Shown piece by piece: positions 40,964 through 55,473 of a stretch of DNA of 62,298 nt (its first letter is position 1; the number at the start of each line of letters is the position of its first letter). This DNA comes from Thalia democratica (Eukaryota). The position numbers were made by a program, and so were the translations under genes. A model generated the notes under the pieces. The model did no database searches, was not told where the DNA came from, and worked only from the letters and a program-made list of their open reading frames with translations. The DNA lies in contig CBDBBG010000333.1 in assembly GCA_965202585.1 (NCBI GenBank), positions 1 to 62,298 on the forward strand, read 5' to 3'.

Positions 40964-43900
40964 GATGAATGAATATTAAAGCGACCAAAACGATACTTGC
41001 AAGAGTTACTGACTGTGACGAATTGACTGTTGAGCAGTTATGCTTTGCAAGGTACCTTTTACTTCTTAATATAAGCATTAGCATGTTTGTTTAAGACATA
41101 TATGCTTATAAAAACTTAGTTGTCTTATTAAGAATGTTGAAAAAGTTCCAGTAAGAAAGAAACCATATTTAACTTGTTCTAAAAGTAATTTTTTTAAAGC
41201 ATTAGTTTGAAAAGTCCAGAAATAACAGCCTGTATCTTACAGCACACCTCTAAATACATTAAGAAAAACATAAATGAAACAAAACATGTTAACACACTCC
41301 CGACTGAGTTTTCCTTTGCCGCTCACCTAAAGTAATAAAGTTTTAACAAAGCACAAGGTTTTTTTTTACCTTAAACAAAATTTCATTATATCGATTTCAT
41401 GGAGTTTTGTTAATCGTAAGTTCTATCAAGTATGTTCAAGTTAATTACAGTTTAAACTAATGTGTAAAAAGTAATTCCAAAAGAATAAAAGTGTTCATTT
41501 TTTTTAGCTTTACTGCTTATGATTACTCATAAGCAATGTACTCAAAACTTTTATTAAACAGACAACTAGATAGCTTTGTTGTTGCACATACTAGTAACTT
41601 ACCTTACAACAATGTTTTCCAAACAACCTTTCAAAAACGTGCTGTACAGTAACTATGATGATACTTGTTTAAAGTTGTAAACTACATTTAAACACAAACT
41701 TTATTTTTCAGTGTGTATGAAAAACTAGTTTAAAAGATAAGTAGTTTAACATTCAATTAGTGTTTCAAACAACTGATTGAAGCTGTTATACAGTTTAAAA
41801 AATAACTGATGCAATTTTGCTCGTTAAACTTAAACCTTGATCAAACTAAGAACTTTAACTTTGCAGATTTCAACCGAATAAAGTGTGCTGATAAAAGTGA
41901 ACAAATGGATTTGGTTGTAAATTTTCCAAACAAAATAAAGTTAATTAAATTCAAAGAAGTAAATAAGTCGAAAAAGCTTATGAACACTAGCACTAAATTT
42001 GAACTTAAACAAAAGCTGATACCTTTTGGATGAAAAATTTTACGTAAAAAAAGAGGTTGGTTTATTTTTTAAGCAGCATTATATACAAAATAAAATCGAG
42101 TAAGAAAATCTAAATGAAAAAGTTTAGAAATAAGATTGACAAACTTAGTGTTTGAATAAAGCTTTGTTTACAATCAGCACTCATAACCTTTCAATCTATC
42201 TTTGAAACTTTTTAACTGGAAAATAATGCAAGTAAGTTTTTTTTTCAAACTTTGTTTTGTCACTTCTCATAAAGTTTTAAAGTCAGTCGAAACAACATAG
42301 AACAACTTACTACTTTCTTGAAACATATTTTGAAACAACAACAGTACTGTCTTTTAAAGTTTACGATTGAAGTGCTTACCAAGTTAAACATGTGTTTTAA
42401 CTGCTTTACTGCTAATAGTGATTTCTTAGTTTACTCAACCTAGATTAATCATAATGTTCTGTACCATTGATTTCATTGACTAAATGTTTGCTTTTCAAAA
42501 TTCGTAACTAGTTATCTCTAGCTTACTGTTAATGTAGTTAAAAACACAGCTTAGGATAAGTTACATTTTATTCTCGGATGTCGTTAAGAACATAGCTGTT
42601 GTAGCAATAACATATAAACTTGAAACAAAGTAACTGTTATCTTATTCAATTATAGACCATATAAAACAAAGTATTTGCTTGATTCAAAGTTTTACATTGT
42701 TGTTTGCCTATTATGGAACTTGTACCATCACATAATAAGCTGTAAAAAAATGAAGGCTAAAAAAAGTTTTGGTTTCGCTTTGTCCAGTTTTTTCTTCTTC
42801 TTTAGATTTATAAAAACTACACAGCTTAAAGCAACAAGTTACAGTAATTTCAGTTTACTTATGTATAGCGTACATAAGGGTAACAAACAAGTGGTAACAA
42901 GTTTTTTGCTTCTTTTCTTTGTACCATGTTTTAGCTAATCAATTGGTTTATTTCATATGCTTGACAAGATTAGAAAGCTTAAATCAAGTAAGTAGATGTA
43001 AGCTTTGTAAAATAAAAGATTTGTTTATACAAGTTCATCATTTTATTAAGGTATTTTGTTTTGTAAACTGTGTACTTGTTAATAGTGTTCTCTTTCTTTT
43101 GAACAATCGATGTTGTTTACATTTATGTGTTACACCAGTTTTGAATTGTTAAGCATGTTTCAGTTGTAGTTTAATTGTAATTGAACAGCATTTTTTAAGG
43201 ACACTAAACATTGTTTGTTATTAACAGTTTAAAACGTTTTCAGTTAATAAGTCAAAGTTTTATTTTTATTTCTGTTTAAGCGTACTATTTTCATTGAAAA
43301 ATACAAATAGTTTTTACAGTGACGTAGGCACAGTATTTTTTTAATAAACTAAAAAACAAATGAAATATTGAATTAAAAAATGTCCACAAAGTTAATGAGA
43401 ATAAGTTTTATTTGGAAAAGAAAGTTAAAAGGAAAAAAGCCACGAAAAAGACACTCAAGTTAGTTAAAGCTTTTCACTAAGCATTCGATAATAGTAAGCA
43501 ATAAAGTAAGGATTAGAGCAGTTATCTAGCTAGAGTTCCCTTCTTAACAGTTGCATAAAAAAAGTATAGTAGAGAAATTTGGCAAGCTAGGTATTTAATA
43601 AATAATGGGCTTTATAATTTGGAAGGAAATATGTTTTTGATTCTTTATCACCACAAAGTTGATTAAGTATGTTTATTTGTGTTGTTGAGTTTAGTAGTCA
43701 TTAGTAGCTTGTGTAATTAATTGGTGATCCACCTAATCTTTAGATTTAAAAAGTACATAGCTTAAAACAAACAAGTATCGTCGTTTTGAGTTGTCTCATA
43801 CATAGTTTAAAAAAGAGTTACAAAAAATTGTAACAAGCTGTTCTTTTTTACCGTGGAATCATTTTGTAATTTGTCATAGCCACAGAAAAAATGAGTTCAA

Positions 43901-45493
43901 CAAAACAAGTATGAGCTTTGTAAGCAGAAAGATTATTTCAATTGTATGTTTGTTTTAAACAATCACTGTTGTCTACATTAGTTTGACTGTTCAACTTTTA
44001 AACAGTTTTTTATTGTTTCATTTGCATTCTGATAAATAAAACTAATACTTATTTGACAATCAGACCTTAAACAAATATCATTGAGCATTTTTAGTATCAA
44101 CGCAAAGTAAATTTTTCTTCTCATTTAATATAATGTCTTATTTAAGCATAAATTTTTAGTTAGTGACAGATTGATTTTTTTATTAAACTAACAACAAATA
44201 TGTATTGAGTGTTTGAAAAACAAGTTTACAAAGTAAAATGAACTAGAATAAGTTTTGTTTAAACAATAAGTTAAACAAGAAAATTCCCATTAAAAAACAT
44301 TTTTACCTAACATTTAAATACTAGTGAAGCAGAAAAACTTATTCTACATTATCAAAAGTAGTTTAAAATGTCAAGTAGAACTACAAAAACTGAAGTAAGT
44401 GTAACTAACTAGTAGAAATAAAAACAGAGAAATTCAGTTTTAGAAAGTTTATTTAGAAGTTATTGAAATACACTAACTGTTACTTTTTACCAACACGCAC
44501 AATGTAGATATAAATTTGTACATTTTTTGTCGCTTAGTTTAAGCTTGTTTGACACTGTTTACTCGACATTAGTAGCTGCTTAAATCAACTGGTGGTCCTG
44601 ATTACTTTAGATATGTAGAAACATAACTTTCAACAAACTACTAGAGTTGTTAAAGGTCAGTAAGTTGTCTCATATCTAGTTAAAACAAGTACCTTTTACT
44701 TTGAAAACTAGAATAATAAATTACTTAAAAAAGTACAAGCAGCTACTTTTTTGTGTTTTACCAAGTTTCAACCAATGAGCTGGTTTGTTTTGTGTGTTTA
44801 TGTTTTGAATTGAAAATGTTTCTTGAATATGCTAAACAGAAGTTAGCTTTGAAAGAAGGAATATGTTGTTTTACTTGAAAACACATCTGTAATTTTTTGT
44901 TTTGAACAACCATTTTTGTATTCATTTATGTATTCGTAACTTTTTAAAACGTGTTACATGGCTTCAATTGCAGTTAAGTTGATAAGAAGAACTCGTTTAA
45001 AAAGTTAAAGCTCGGTTGTGTTACTAATAATCAACAACAACTTAAAATAAAGTTACAACTAAGTTTTTGCATGTTATAAGTGATATACATTTTTGTTTAA
45101 AAAGATGATACTTTTTTGTAAGCACTTATTTATTGAATGTTTCAACAGAACTTCAGCAAATGAATAAAAACAAGTGTTTTGTACAAAAAGTATTCAGATG
45201 AAAAATCTTACGGACAACAAAATCAAGTTAGTTAAACATCTTTTACAAACCATTTGATTACAAGCACTACTACTGTTTTTAGACTAATGCAATGCTTTTT
45301 CTACAATATAACGAGTTACAAGTTTATAAAGTATTTGAAACAAAAAAAAAGTGTGTTCATTCAAGTATATGAGTTTTTAATTTACACAAATAAGAATTTA
45401 TTTGTACTAAGCTTATATTCTTGTACTTTAAGTAAACATGAACAGCTGGTTCTATTCAAATGGTGGTCCTAAAAAGGACCGGTTGTTTAGCGT

Positions 45494-45853
45494 TTATTTT
45501 GAGCTGGTGTATTTGGTAACAGCTTTAGTTCCTTCTGAAACTGCGTGCTTTGACAACTCGCCGGGGAGCAAGAGCCTGACAGCAGTTTGAATTTCGCGGC
45601 TGCTAACAGTTGACCTCTTGTTGTAATGAGCCAAACGTGAAGCCTCTGCTGCAATGCGCTCGAAGATGTCGTTGACAAATGAGTTCATGATTCCCATTGC
45701 CTTGCTGGAAATTCCGGTGTCGGGGTGCACTTGCTTCAAAACTTTGTACACGTAGATGCCAAAGCTTTCTTTGTTTCTCCTCCTTCGCTTCTTCTTGCCG
45801 TCGACCGGAGCGGTCTTGGCTACTGACTTCTTCGCGCCTTTGGTTGCTGTCAT
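45494..45853 (-). CDS. H2B: Histone H2B, unit 7
   Basis: Same translation as unit 1. Confidence 0.96.
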   Translation of the reverse strand: MTATKGAKKSVAKTAPVDGKKKRRRRNKESFGIYVYKVLKQVHPDTGISSKAMGIMNSFVNDIFERIAAEASRLAHYNKRSTVSSREIQTAVRLLLPGELSKHAVSEGTKAVTKYTSSK

Positions 45854-46016
45854 GATGATGTGTGGACTTCTGTCTCGGCGCCGGTTTATATCCTGAAAAA
45901 TTATGCAAATTAGCATAGTTCCGTACGCGAACGATAGCTGGTTTCTCTCACTTCACAATTCTCTCGTTTGTTGTAAATATTTTGGTGGTCCTGAAAAGGA
46001 CCTGGTTTTTTTTAAC

Positions 46017-46397
46017 TTAGGCTGACTTTTTTGAAGCGGTCTTCTTAGGCAATAGTACTGCCTGGATGTTTGGAAGAACACCACCTTGAGCAATTGTGAC
46101 GCCTCCGAGAAGTTTGTTCAACTCTTCGTCGTTGCGAATAGCTAGTTGCAAATGGCGAGGAATGATCCTGCTTTTCTTGTTGTCACGAGCAGCGTTACCG
46201 GCAAGCTCGAGCACTTCTGCGCTCAAGTACTCGAGAACGGCAGCCAGATAAACTGGAGCACCAGCTCCGACTCTTTGGCTGTAGTTGCCGGTGCGCAACA
46301 GGCGGTGCACGCGACCGACTGGAAACTGCAGTCCTGCACGGGAAGACCTGCTCTTCGGCTTAGATTTGAGTTTTGATCCTTTACCACGTCCTGACAT
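46017..46397 (-). CDS. H2A: Histone H2A, unit 7
   Basis: Same translation as unit 1. Confidence 0.97.
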   Translation of the reverse strand: MSGRGKGSKLKSKPKSRSSRAGLQFPVGRVHRLLRTGNYSQRVGAGAPVYLAAVLEYLSAEVLELAGNAARDNKKSRIIPRHLQLAIRNDEELNKLLGGVTIAQGGVLPNIQAVLLPKKTASKKSA

Positions 46398-46579
46398 TTT
46401 GTTGTTCGAATGATTGTGATGATAGCTTGCACAGCTCAATATACAACTCATACCTAACCGCGTCGAACAAAAAACTAATTTGCATATGTCATAGCTAATG
46501 CTTAATCTTGTCAAAAGTGTTGTAAAACTTTTATATTGAATTAGGTGGTCCTAAAAAGGACCGGGTTTGCTAAAAGCGA

Positions 46580-46927
<348 letters not shown>

Positions 46928-47071
46928 TTATATACAAGCTGTTACGGACGCGTACGGTAACTACTAACTAATTTGCATACTCAAAAAAGTCTCTTAACTT
47001 ACGTTCGGTTAAGTTTTTCTCACTGTCAAGGTTTTAAGGTGGCCCTGAAAAGGACCGGTTTTAGCTAACGC

Positions 47072-47563
<492 letters not shown>

Positions 47564-47663
47564 CTAATTTGCATATTTTCAACTTAGCATTGTTTTATGC
47601 ATTTTGAGTTACGTTATATTTTGTTTGAGTGGTCCTGAAAAGGACCTTGGGTAAAAGAACAAC

Positions 47664-48218
47664 TTATTTTTTACAGCTCTTCTTCTTGGATGCTTTTTTG
47701 GCTGCCGGCTTCTTCTTGGTTACTTTCTTCTTCTTGCTTGCAGCTTTTTTAGATGCTGCCTTCTTAGGAGCGCACTTTTTAGCAGGTCGCTTTTTGGCTG
47801 CTGGTTTTTTTGCAGCCTTCTTGGGAGCACACTTCTTTTTTGGTTTTTTAGCTGGGGCCTTCTTTGCTGCTGGCTTTTTAGCTACTTTCTTTGTCCTCTT
47901 CTTGGGCCCAGCAGCTGGCATTGGAGCAAGCTTGAACGAGCCAGAAGCGCCTTTTCCAGTTGTCTGGAGAAAAGCACCTTTGGTCACGCCGCTGGTAAGT
48001 GCTCTCTTCAAGTGAGAATTGGAAGCTGTGAGGTCAAGCTTGTAGGTGTCCGCGATATACTTTTGTATCTTCTGGCGGGATGTACCTTTTCGTTCCTTCA
48101 TTGCTCCAAGGGCAGAGCTAATCATTTCCCTGTAAGTAGGGTGCTCTGCCTTCTTGGCGCTTGGTCTCTTGGAAGACCTGGCTGGCGCTGGTACTGCTGC
48201 TACTGCTGTGGTAGACAT
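47664..48218 (-). CDS. H1: Histone H1, unit 7
   Basis: Same translation as unit 1. Confidence 0.95.
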   Translation of the reverse strand: MSTTAVAAVPAPARSSKRPSAKKAEHPTYREMISSALGAMKERKGTSRQKIQKYIADTYKLDLTASNSHLKRALTSGVTKGAFLQTTGKGASGSFKLAPMPAAGPKKRTKKVAKKPAAKKAPAKKPKKKCAPKKAAKKPAAKKRPAKKCAPKKAASKKAASKKKKVTKKKPAAKKASKKKSCKK

Positions 48219-51200
48219 GATGAATGAATATTAAAGCGACCAAAACGATACTTGCAAGAGTTACTGACTGTGACGAATTGACTGTTGAGCAGTTATGCTT
48301 TGCAAGGTACCTTTTACTTCTTAATATAAGCATTAGCATGTTTGTTTAAGACATATATGCTTATAAAAACTTAGTTGTCTTATTAAGAATGTTGAAAAAG
48401 TTCCAGCAAGAAAGAAACCATATTTAACTTGTTCTAAAAGTAATTTTTTTAAAGCATTAGTTTGAAAAGTCCAGAAATAACAGCCTGTATCTTACAGCAC
48501 ACCTCTAAATACATTAAGAAAAACATAAATGAAACAAAACATGTTAACACACTCCCGACTGAGTTTTCCTTTGCCGCTCACCTAAAGTAATAAAGTTTTA
48601 ACAAAGCACAAGGTTTTTTTTTACCTTAAACAAAATTTCATTATATCGATTTCATGGAGTTTTGTTAATCGTAAGTTCTATCAAGTATGTTCAAGTTAAT
48701 TACAGTTTAAACTAATGTGTAAAAAGTAATTCCAAAAGAATAAAAGTGTTCATTTTTTTTAGCTTTACTGCTTATGATTACTCATAAGCAATGTACTCAA
48801 AACTTTTATTAAACAGACAACTAGATAGCTTTGTTGTTGCACATACTAGTAACTTACCTTACAACAATGTTTTCCAAACAACCTTTCAAAAACGTGCTGT
48901 ACAGTAACTATGATGATACTTGTTTAAAGTTGTAAACTACATTTAAACACAAACTTTATTTTTCAGTGTGTATGAAAAACTAGTTTAAAAGATAAGTAGT
49001 TTAACATTCAATTAGTGTTTCAAACAACTGATTGAAGCTGTTATACAGTTTAAAAAATAACTGATGCAATTTTGCTCGTTAAACTTAAACCTTGATCAAA
49101 CTAAGAACTTTAACTTTGCAGATTTCAACCGAATAAAGTGTGCTGATAAAAGTGAACAAATGGATTTGGTTGTAAATTTTCCAAACAAAATAAAGTTAAT
49201 TAAATTCAAAGAAGTAAATAAGTCGAAAAAGCTTATGAACACTAGCACTAAATTTGAACTTAAACAAAAGCTGATACCTTTTGGATGAAAAATTTTACGT
49301 AAAAAAAGAGGTTGGTTTATTTTTTAAGCAGCATTATATACAAAATAAAATCGAGTAAGAAAATCTAAATGAAAAAGTTTAGAAATAAGATTGACAAACT
49401 TAGTGTTTGAATAAAGCTTTGTTTACAATCAGCACTCATAACCTTTCAATCTATCTTTGAAACTTTTTAACTGGAAAATAATGCAAGTAAGTTTTTTTTT
49501 CAAACTTTGTTTTGTCACTTCTCATAAAGTTTTAAAGTCAGTCGAAACAACATAGAACAACTTACTACTTTCTTGAAACATATTTTGAAACAACAACAGT
49601 ACTGTCTTTTAAAGTTTACGATTGAAGTGCTTACCAAGTTAAACATGTGTTTTAACTGCTTTACTGCTAATAGTGATTTCTTAGTTTACTCAACCTAGAT
49701 TAATCATAATGTTCTGTACCATTGATTTCATTGACTAAATGTTTGCTTTTCAAAATTCGTAACTAGTTATCTCTAGCTTACTGTTAATGTAGTTAAAAAC
49801 ACAGCTTAGGATAAGTTACATTTTATTCTCGGATGTCGTTAAGAACATAGCTGTTGTAGCAATAACATATAAACTTGAAACAAAGTAACTGTTATCTTAT
49901 TCAATTATAGACCATATAAAACAAAGTATTTGCTTGATTCAAAGTTTTACATTGTTGTTTGCCTATTATGGAACTTGTACCATCACATAATAAGCTGTAA
50001 AAAAATGAAGGCTAAAAAAAGTTTTGGTTTCGCTTTGTCCAGTTTTTTCTTCTTCTTTAGATTTATAAAAACTACACAGCTTAAAGCAACAAGTTACAGT
50101 AATTTCAGTTTACTTATGTATAGCGTACATAAGGGTAACAAACAAGTGGTAACAAGTTTTTTACTTCTTTTCTTTGTACCATGTTTTAGCTAATCAATTG
50201 GTTTATTTCATATGCTTGACAAGATTAGAAAGCTTAAATCAAGTAAGTAGATGTAAGCTTTGTAAAATAAAAGATTTGTTTATACAAGTTCATCATTTTA
50301 TTAAGGTATTTTGTTTTGTAAATTGTGTACTTGTTAATAGTGTTCTCTTTCTTTTGAACAATCGATGTTGTTTACATTTATGTGTTACACCAGTTTTGAA
50401 TTGTTAAGCATGTTTCAGTTGTAGTTTAATTGTAATTGAACAGCATTTTTTAAGGACACTAAACATTGTTTGTTATTAACAGTTTAAAACGTTTTCAGTT
50501 AATAAGTCAAAGTTTTATTTTTATTTCTGTTTAAGCGTACTATTTTCATTGAAAAATACAAATAGTTTTTACAGTGACGTAGGCACAGTATTTTTTTAAT
50601 AAACTAAAAAACAAATGAAATATTGAATTAAAAAATGTCCACAAAGTTAATGAGAATAAGTTTTATTTGGAAAAGAAAGTTAAAAGGAAAAAAGCCACGA
50701 AAAAGACACTCAAGTTAGTTAAAGCTTTTCACTAAGCATTCGATAATAGTAAGCAATAAAGTAAGGATTAGAGCAGTTATCTAGCTAGAGTTCCCTTCTT
50801 AACAGTTGCATAAAAAAAGTATAGTAGAGAAATTTGGCAAGCTAGGTATTTAATAAATAATGGGCTTTATAATTTGGAAGGAAATATGTTTTTGATTCTT
50901 TATCACCACAAAGTTGATTAAGTATGTTTATTTGTGTTGTTGAGTTTAGTAGTCATTAGTAGCTTGTGTAATTAATTGGTGATCCACCTAATCTTTAGAT
51001 TTAAAAAGTACATAGCTTAAAACAAACAAGTATCGTCGTTTTGAGTTGTCTCATACATAGTTTAAAAAAGAGTTACAAAAAATTGTAACAAGCTGTTCTT
51101 TTTTACCGTGGAATCATTTTGTAATTTGTCATAGCCACAGAAAAAATGAGTTCAACAAAACAAGTATGAGCTTTGTAAGCAGAAAGATTATTTCAATTGT

Positions 51201-52748
51201 ATGTTTGTTTTAAACAATCACTGTTGTCTACATTAGTTTGACTGTTCAACTTTTAAACAGTTTTTTATTGTTTCATTTGCATTCTGATAAATAAAACTAA
51301 TACTTATTTGACAATCAGACCTTAAACAAATATCATTGAGCATTTTTAGTATCAACGCAAAGTAAATTTTTCTTCTCATTTAATATAATGTCTTATTTAA
51401 GCATAAATTTTTAGTTAGTGACAGATTGATTTTTTTATTAAACTAACAACAAATATGTATTGAGTGTTTGAAAAACAAGTTTACAAAGTAAAATGAACTA
51501 GAATAAGTTTTGTTTAAACAATAAGTTAAACAAGAAAATTCCCATTAAAAAACATTTTTACCTAACATTTAAATACTAGTGAAGCAGAAAAACTTATTCT
51601 ACATTATCAAAAGTAGTTTAAAATGTCAAGTAGAACTACAAAAACTGAAGTAAGTGTAACTAACTAGTAGAAATAAAAACAGAGAAATTCAGTTTTAGAA
51701 AGTTTATTTAGAAGTTATTGAAATACACTAACTGTTACTTTTTACCAACACGCACAATGTAGATATAAATTTGTACATTTTTTGTCGCTTAGTTTAAGCT
51801 TGTTTGACACTGTTTACTCGACATTAGTAGCTGCTTAAATCAACTGGTGGTCCTGATTACTTTAGATATGTAGAAACATAACTTTCAACAAACTACTAGA
51901 GTTGTTAAAGGTCAGTAAGTTGTCTCATATCTAGTTAAAACAAGTACCTTTTACTTTGAAAACTAGAATAATAAATTACTTAAAAAAGTACAAGCAGCTA
52001 CTTTTTTGTGTTTTACCAAGTTTCAACCAATGAGCTGGTTTGTTTTGTGTGTTTATGTTTTGAATTGAAAATGTTTCTTGAATATGCTAAACAGAAGTTA
52101 GCTTTGAAAGAAGGAATATGTTGTTTTACTTGAAAACACATCTGTAATTTTTTGTTTTGAACAACCATTTTTGTATTCATTTATGTATTCGTAACTTTTT
52201 AAAACGTGTTACATGGCTTCAATTGCAGTTAAGTTGATAAGAAGAACTCGTTTAAAAAGTTAAAGCTCGGTTGTGTTACTAATAATCAACAACAACTTAA
52301 AATAAAGTTACAACTAAGTTTTTGCATGTTATAAGTGATATACATTTTTGTTTAAAAAGATGATACTTTTTTGTAAGCACTTATTTATTGAATGTTTCAA
52401 CAGAACTTCAGCAAATGAATAAAAACAAGTGTTTTGTACAAAAAGTATTCAGATGAAAAATCTTACGGACAACAAAATCAAGTTAGTTAAACATCTTTTA
52501 CAAACCATTTGATTACAAGCACTACTACTGTTTTTAGACTAATGCAATGCTTTTTCTACAATATAACGAGTTACAAGTTTATAAAGTATTTGAAACAAAA
52601 AAAAAGTGTGTTCATTCAAGTATATGAGTTTTTAATTTACACAAATAAGAATTTATTTGTACTAAGCTTATATTCTTGTACTTTAAGTAAACATGAACAG
52701 CTGGTTCTATTCAAATGGTGGTCCTAAAAAGGACCGGTTGTTTAGCGT

Positions 52749-53108
52749 TTATTTTGAGCTGGTGTATTTGGTAACAGCTTTAGTTCCTTCTGAAACTGCG
52801 TGCTTTGACAACTCGCCGGGGAGCAAGAGCCTGACAGCAGTTTGAATTTCGCGGCTGCTAACAGTTGACCTCTTGTTGTAATGAGCCAAACGTGAAGCCT
52901 CTGCTGCAATGCGCTCGAAGATGTCGTTGACAAATGAGTTCATGATTCCCATTGCCTTGCTGGAAATTCCGGTGTCGGGGTGCACTTGCTTCAAAACTTT
53001 GTACACGTAGATGCCAAAGCTTTCTTTGTTTCTCCTCCTTCGCTTCTTCTTGCCGTCGACCGGAGCGGTCTTGGCTACTGACTTCTTCGCGCCTTTGGTT
53101 GCTGTCAT
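52749..53108 (-). CDS. H2B: Histone H2B, unit 8
   Basis: Same translation as unit 1. Confidence 0.96.
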   Translation of the reverse strand: MTATKGAKKSVAKTAPVDGKKKRRRRNKESFGIYVYKVLKQVHPDTGISSKAMGIMNSFVNDIFERIAAEASRLAHYNKRSTVSSREIQTAVRLLLPGELSKHAVSEGTKAVTKYTSSK

Positions 53109-53271
53109 GATGATGTGTGGACTTCTGTCTCGGCGCCGGTTTATATCCTGAAAAATTATGCAAATTAGCATAGTTCCGTACGCGAACGATAGCTGGTTTC
53201 TCTCACTTCACAATTCTCTCGTTTGTTGTAAATATTTTGGTGGTCCTGAAAAGGACCTGGTTTTTTTTAAC

Positions 53272-53652
53272 TTAGGCTGACTTTTTTGAAGCGGTCTTCT
53301 TAGGCAATAGTACTGCCTGGATGTTTGGAAGAACACCACCTTGAGCAATTGTGACGCCTCCGAGAAGTTTGTTCAACTCTTCGTCGTTGCGAATAGCTAG
53401 TTGCAAATGGCGAGGAATGATCCTGCTTTTCTTGTTGTCACGAGCAGCGTTACCGGCAAGCTCGAGCACTTCTGCGCTCAAGTACTCGAGAACGGCAGCC
53501 AGATAAACTGGAGCACCAGCTCCGACTCTTTGGCTGTAGTTGCCGGTGCGCAACAGGCGGTGCACGCGACCGACTGGAAACTGCAGTCCTGCACGGGAAG
53601 ACCTGCTCTTCGGCTTAGATTTGAGTTTTGATCCTTTACCACGTCCTGACAT
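53272..53652 (-). CDS. H2A: Histone H2A, unit 8
   Basis: Same translation as unit 1. Confidence 0.97.
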   Translation of the reverse strand: MSGRGKGSKLKSKPKSRSSRAGLQFPVGRVHRLLRTGNYSQRVGAGAPVYLAAVLEYLSAEVLELAGNAARDNKKSRIIPRHLQLAIRNDEELNKLLGGVTIAQGGVLPNIQAVLLPKKTASKKSA

Positions 53653-53834
53653 TTTGTTGTTCGAATGATTGTGATGATAGCTTGCACAGCTCAATATACA
53701 ACTCATACCTAACCGCGTCGAACAAAAAACTAATTTGCATATGTCATAGCTAATGCTTAATCTTGTCAAAAGTGTTGTAAAACTTTTATATTGAATTAGG
53801 TGGTCCTAAAAAGGACCGGGTTTGCTAAAAGCGA

Positions 53835-54182
<348 letters not shown>

Positions 54183-54326
54183 TTATATACAAGCTGTTAC
54201 GGACGCGTACGGTAACTACTAACTAATTTGCATACTCAAAAAAGTCTCTTAACTTACGTTCGGTTAAGTTTTTCTCACTGTCAAGGTTTTAAGGTGGCCC
54301 TGAAAAGGACCGGTTTTAGCTAACGC

Positions 54327-54818
<492 letters not shown>

Positions 54819-54918
54819 CTAATTTGCATATTTTCAACTTAGCATTGTTTTATGCATTTTGAGTTACGTTATATTTTGTTTGAGTGGTCCTGAAAAGGAC
54901 CTTGGGTAAAAGAACAAC

Positions 54919-55473
54919 TTATTTTTTACAGCTCTTCTTCTTGGATGCTTTTTTGGCTGCCGGCTTCTTCTTGGTTACTTTCTTCTTCTTGCTTGCAGCT
55001 TTTTTAGATGCTGCCTTCTTAGGAGCGCACTTTTTAGCAGGTCGCTTTTTGGCTGCTGGTTTTTTTGCAGCCTTCTTGGGAGCACACTTCTTTTTTGGTT
55101 TTTTAGCTGGGGCCTTCTTTGCTGCTGGCTTTTTAGCTACTTTCTTTGTCCTCTTCTTGGGCCCAGCAGCTGGCATTGGAGCAAGCTTGAACGAGCCAGA
55201 AGCGCCTTTTCCAGTTGTCTGGAGAAAAGCACCTTTGGTCACGCCGCTGGTAAGTGCTCTCTTCAAGTGAGAATTGGAAGCTGTGAGGTCAAGCTTGTAG
55301 GTGTCCGCGATATACTTTTGTATCTTCTGGCGGGATGTACCTTTTCGTTCCTTCATTGCTCCAAGGGCAGAGCTAATCATTTCCCTGTAAGTAGGGTGCT
55401 CTGCCTTCTTGGCGCTTGGTCTCTTGGAAGACCTGGCTGGCGCTGGTACTGCTGCTACTGCTGTGGTAGACAT
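54919..55473 (-). CDS. H1: Histone H1, unit 8
   Basis: Same translation as unit 1. Confidence 0.95.
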   Translation of the reverse strand: MSTTAVAAVPAPARSSKRPSAKKAEHPTYREMISSALGAMKERKGTSRQKIQKYIADTYKLDLTASNSHLKRALTSGVTKGAFLQTTGKGASGSFKLAPMPAAGPKKRTKKVAKKPAAKKAPAKKPKKKCAPKKAAKKPAAKKRPAKKCAPKKAASKKAASKKKKVTKKKPAAKKASKKKSCKK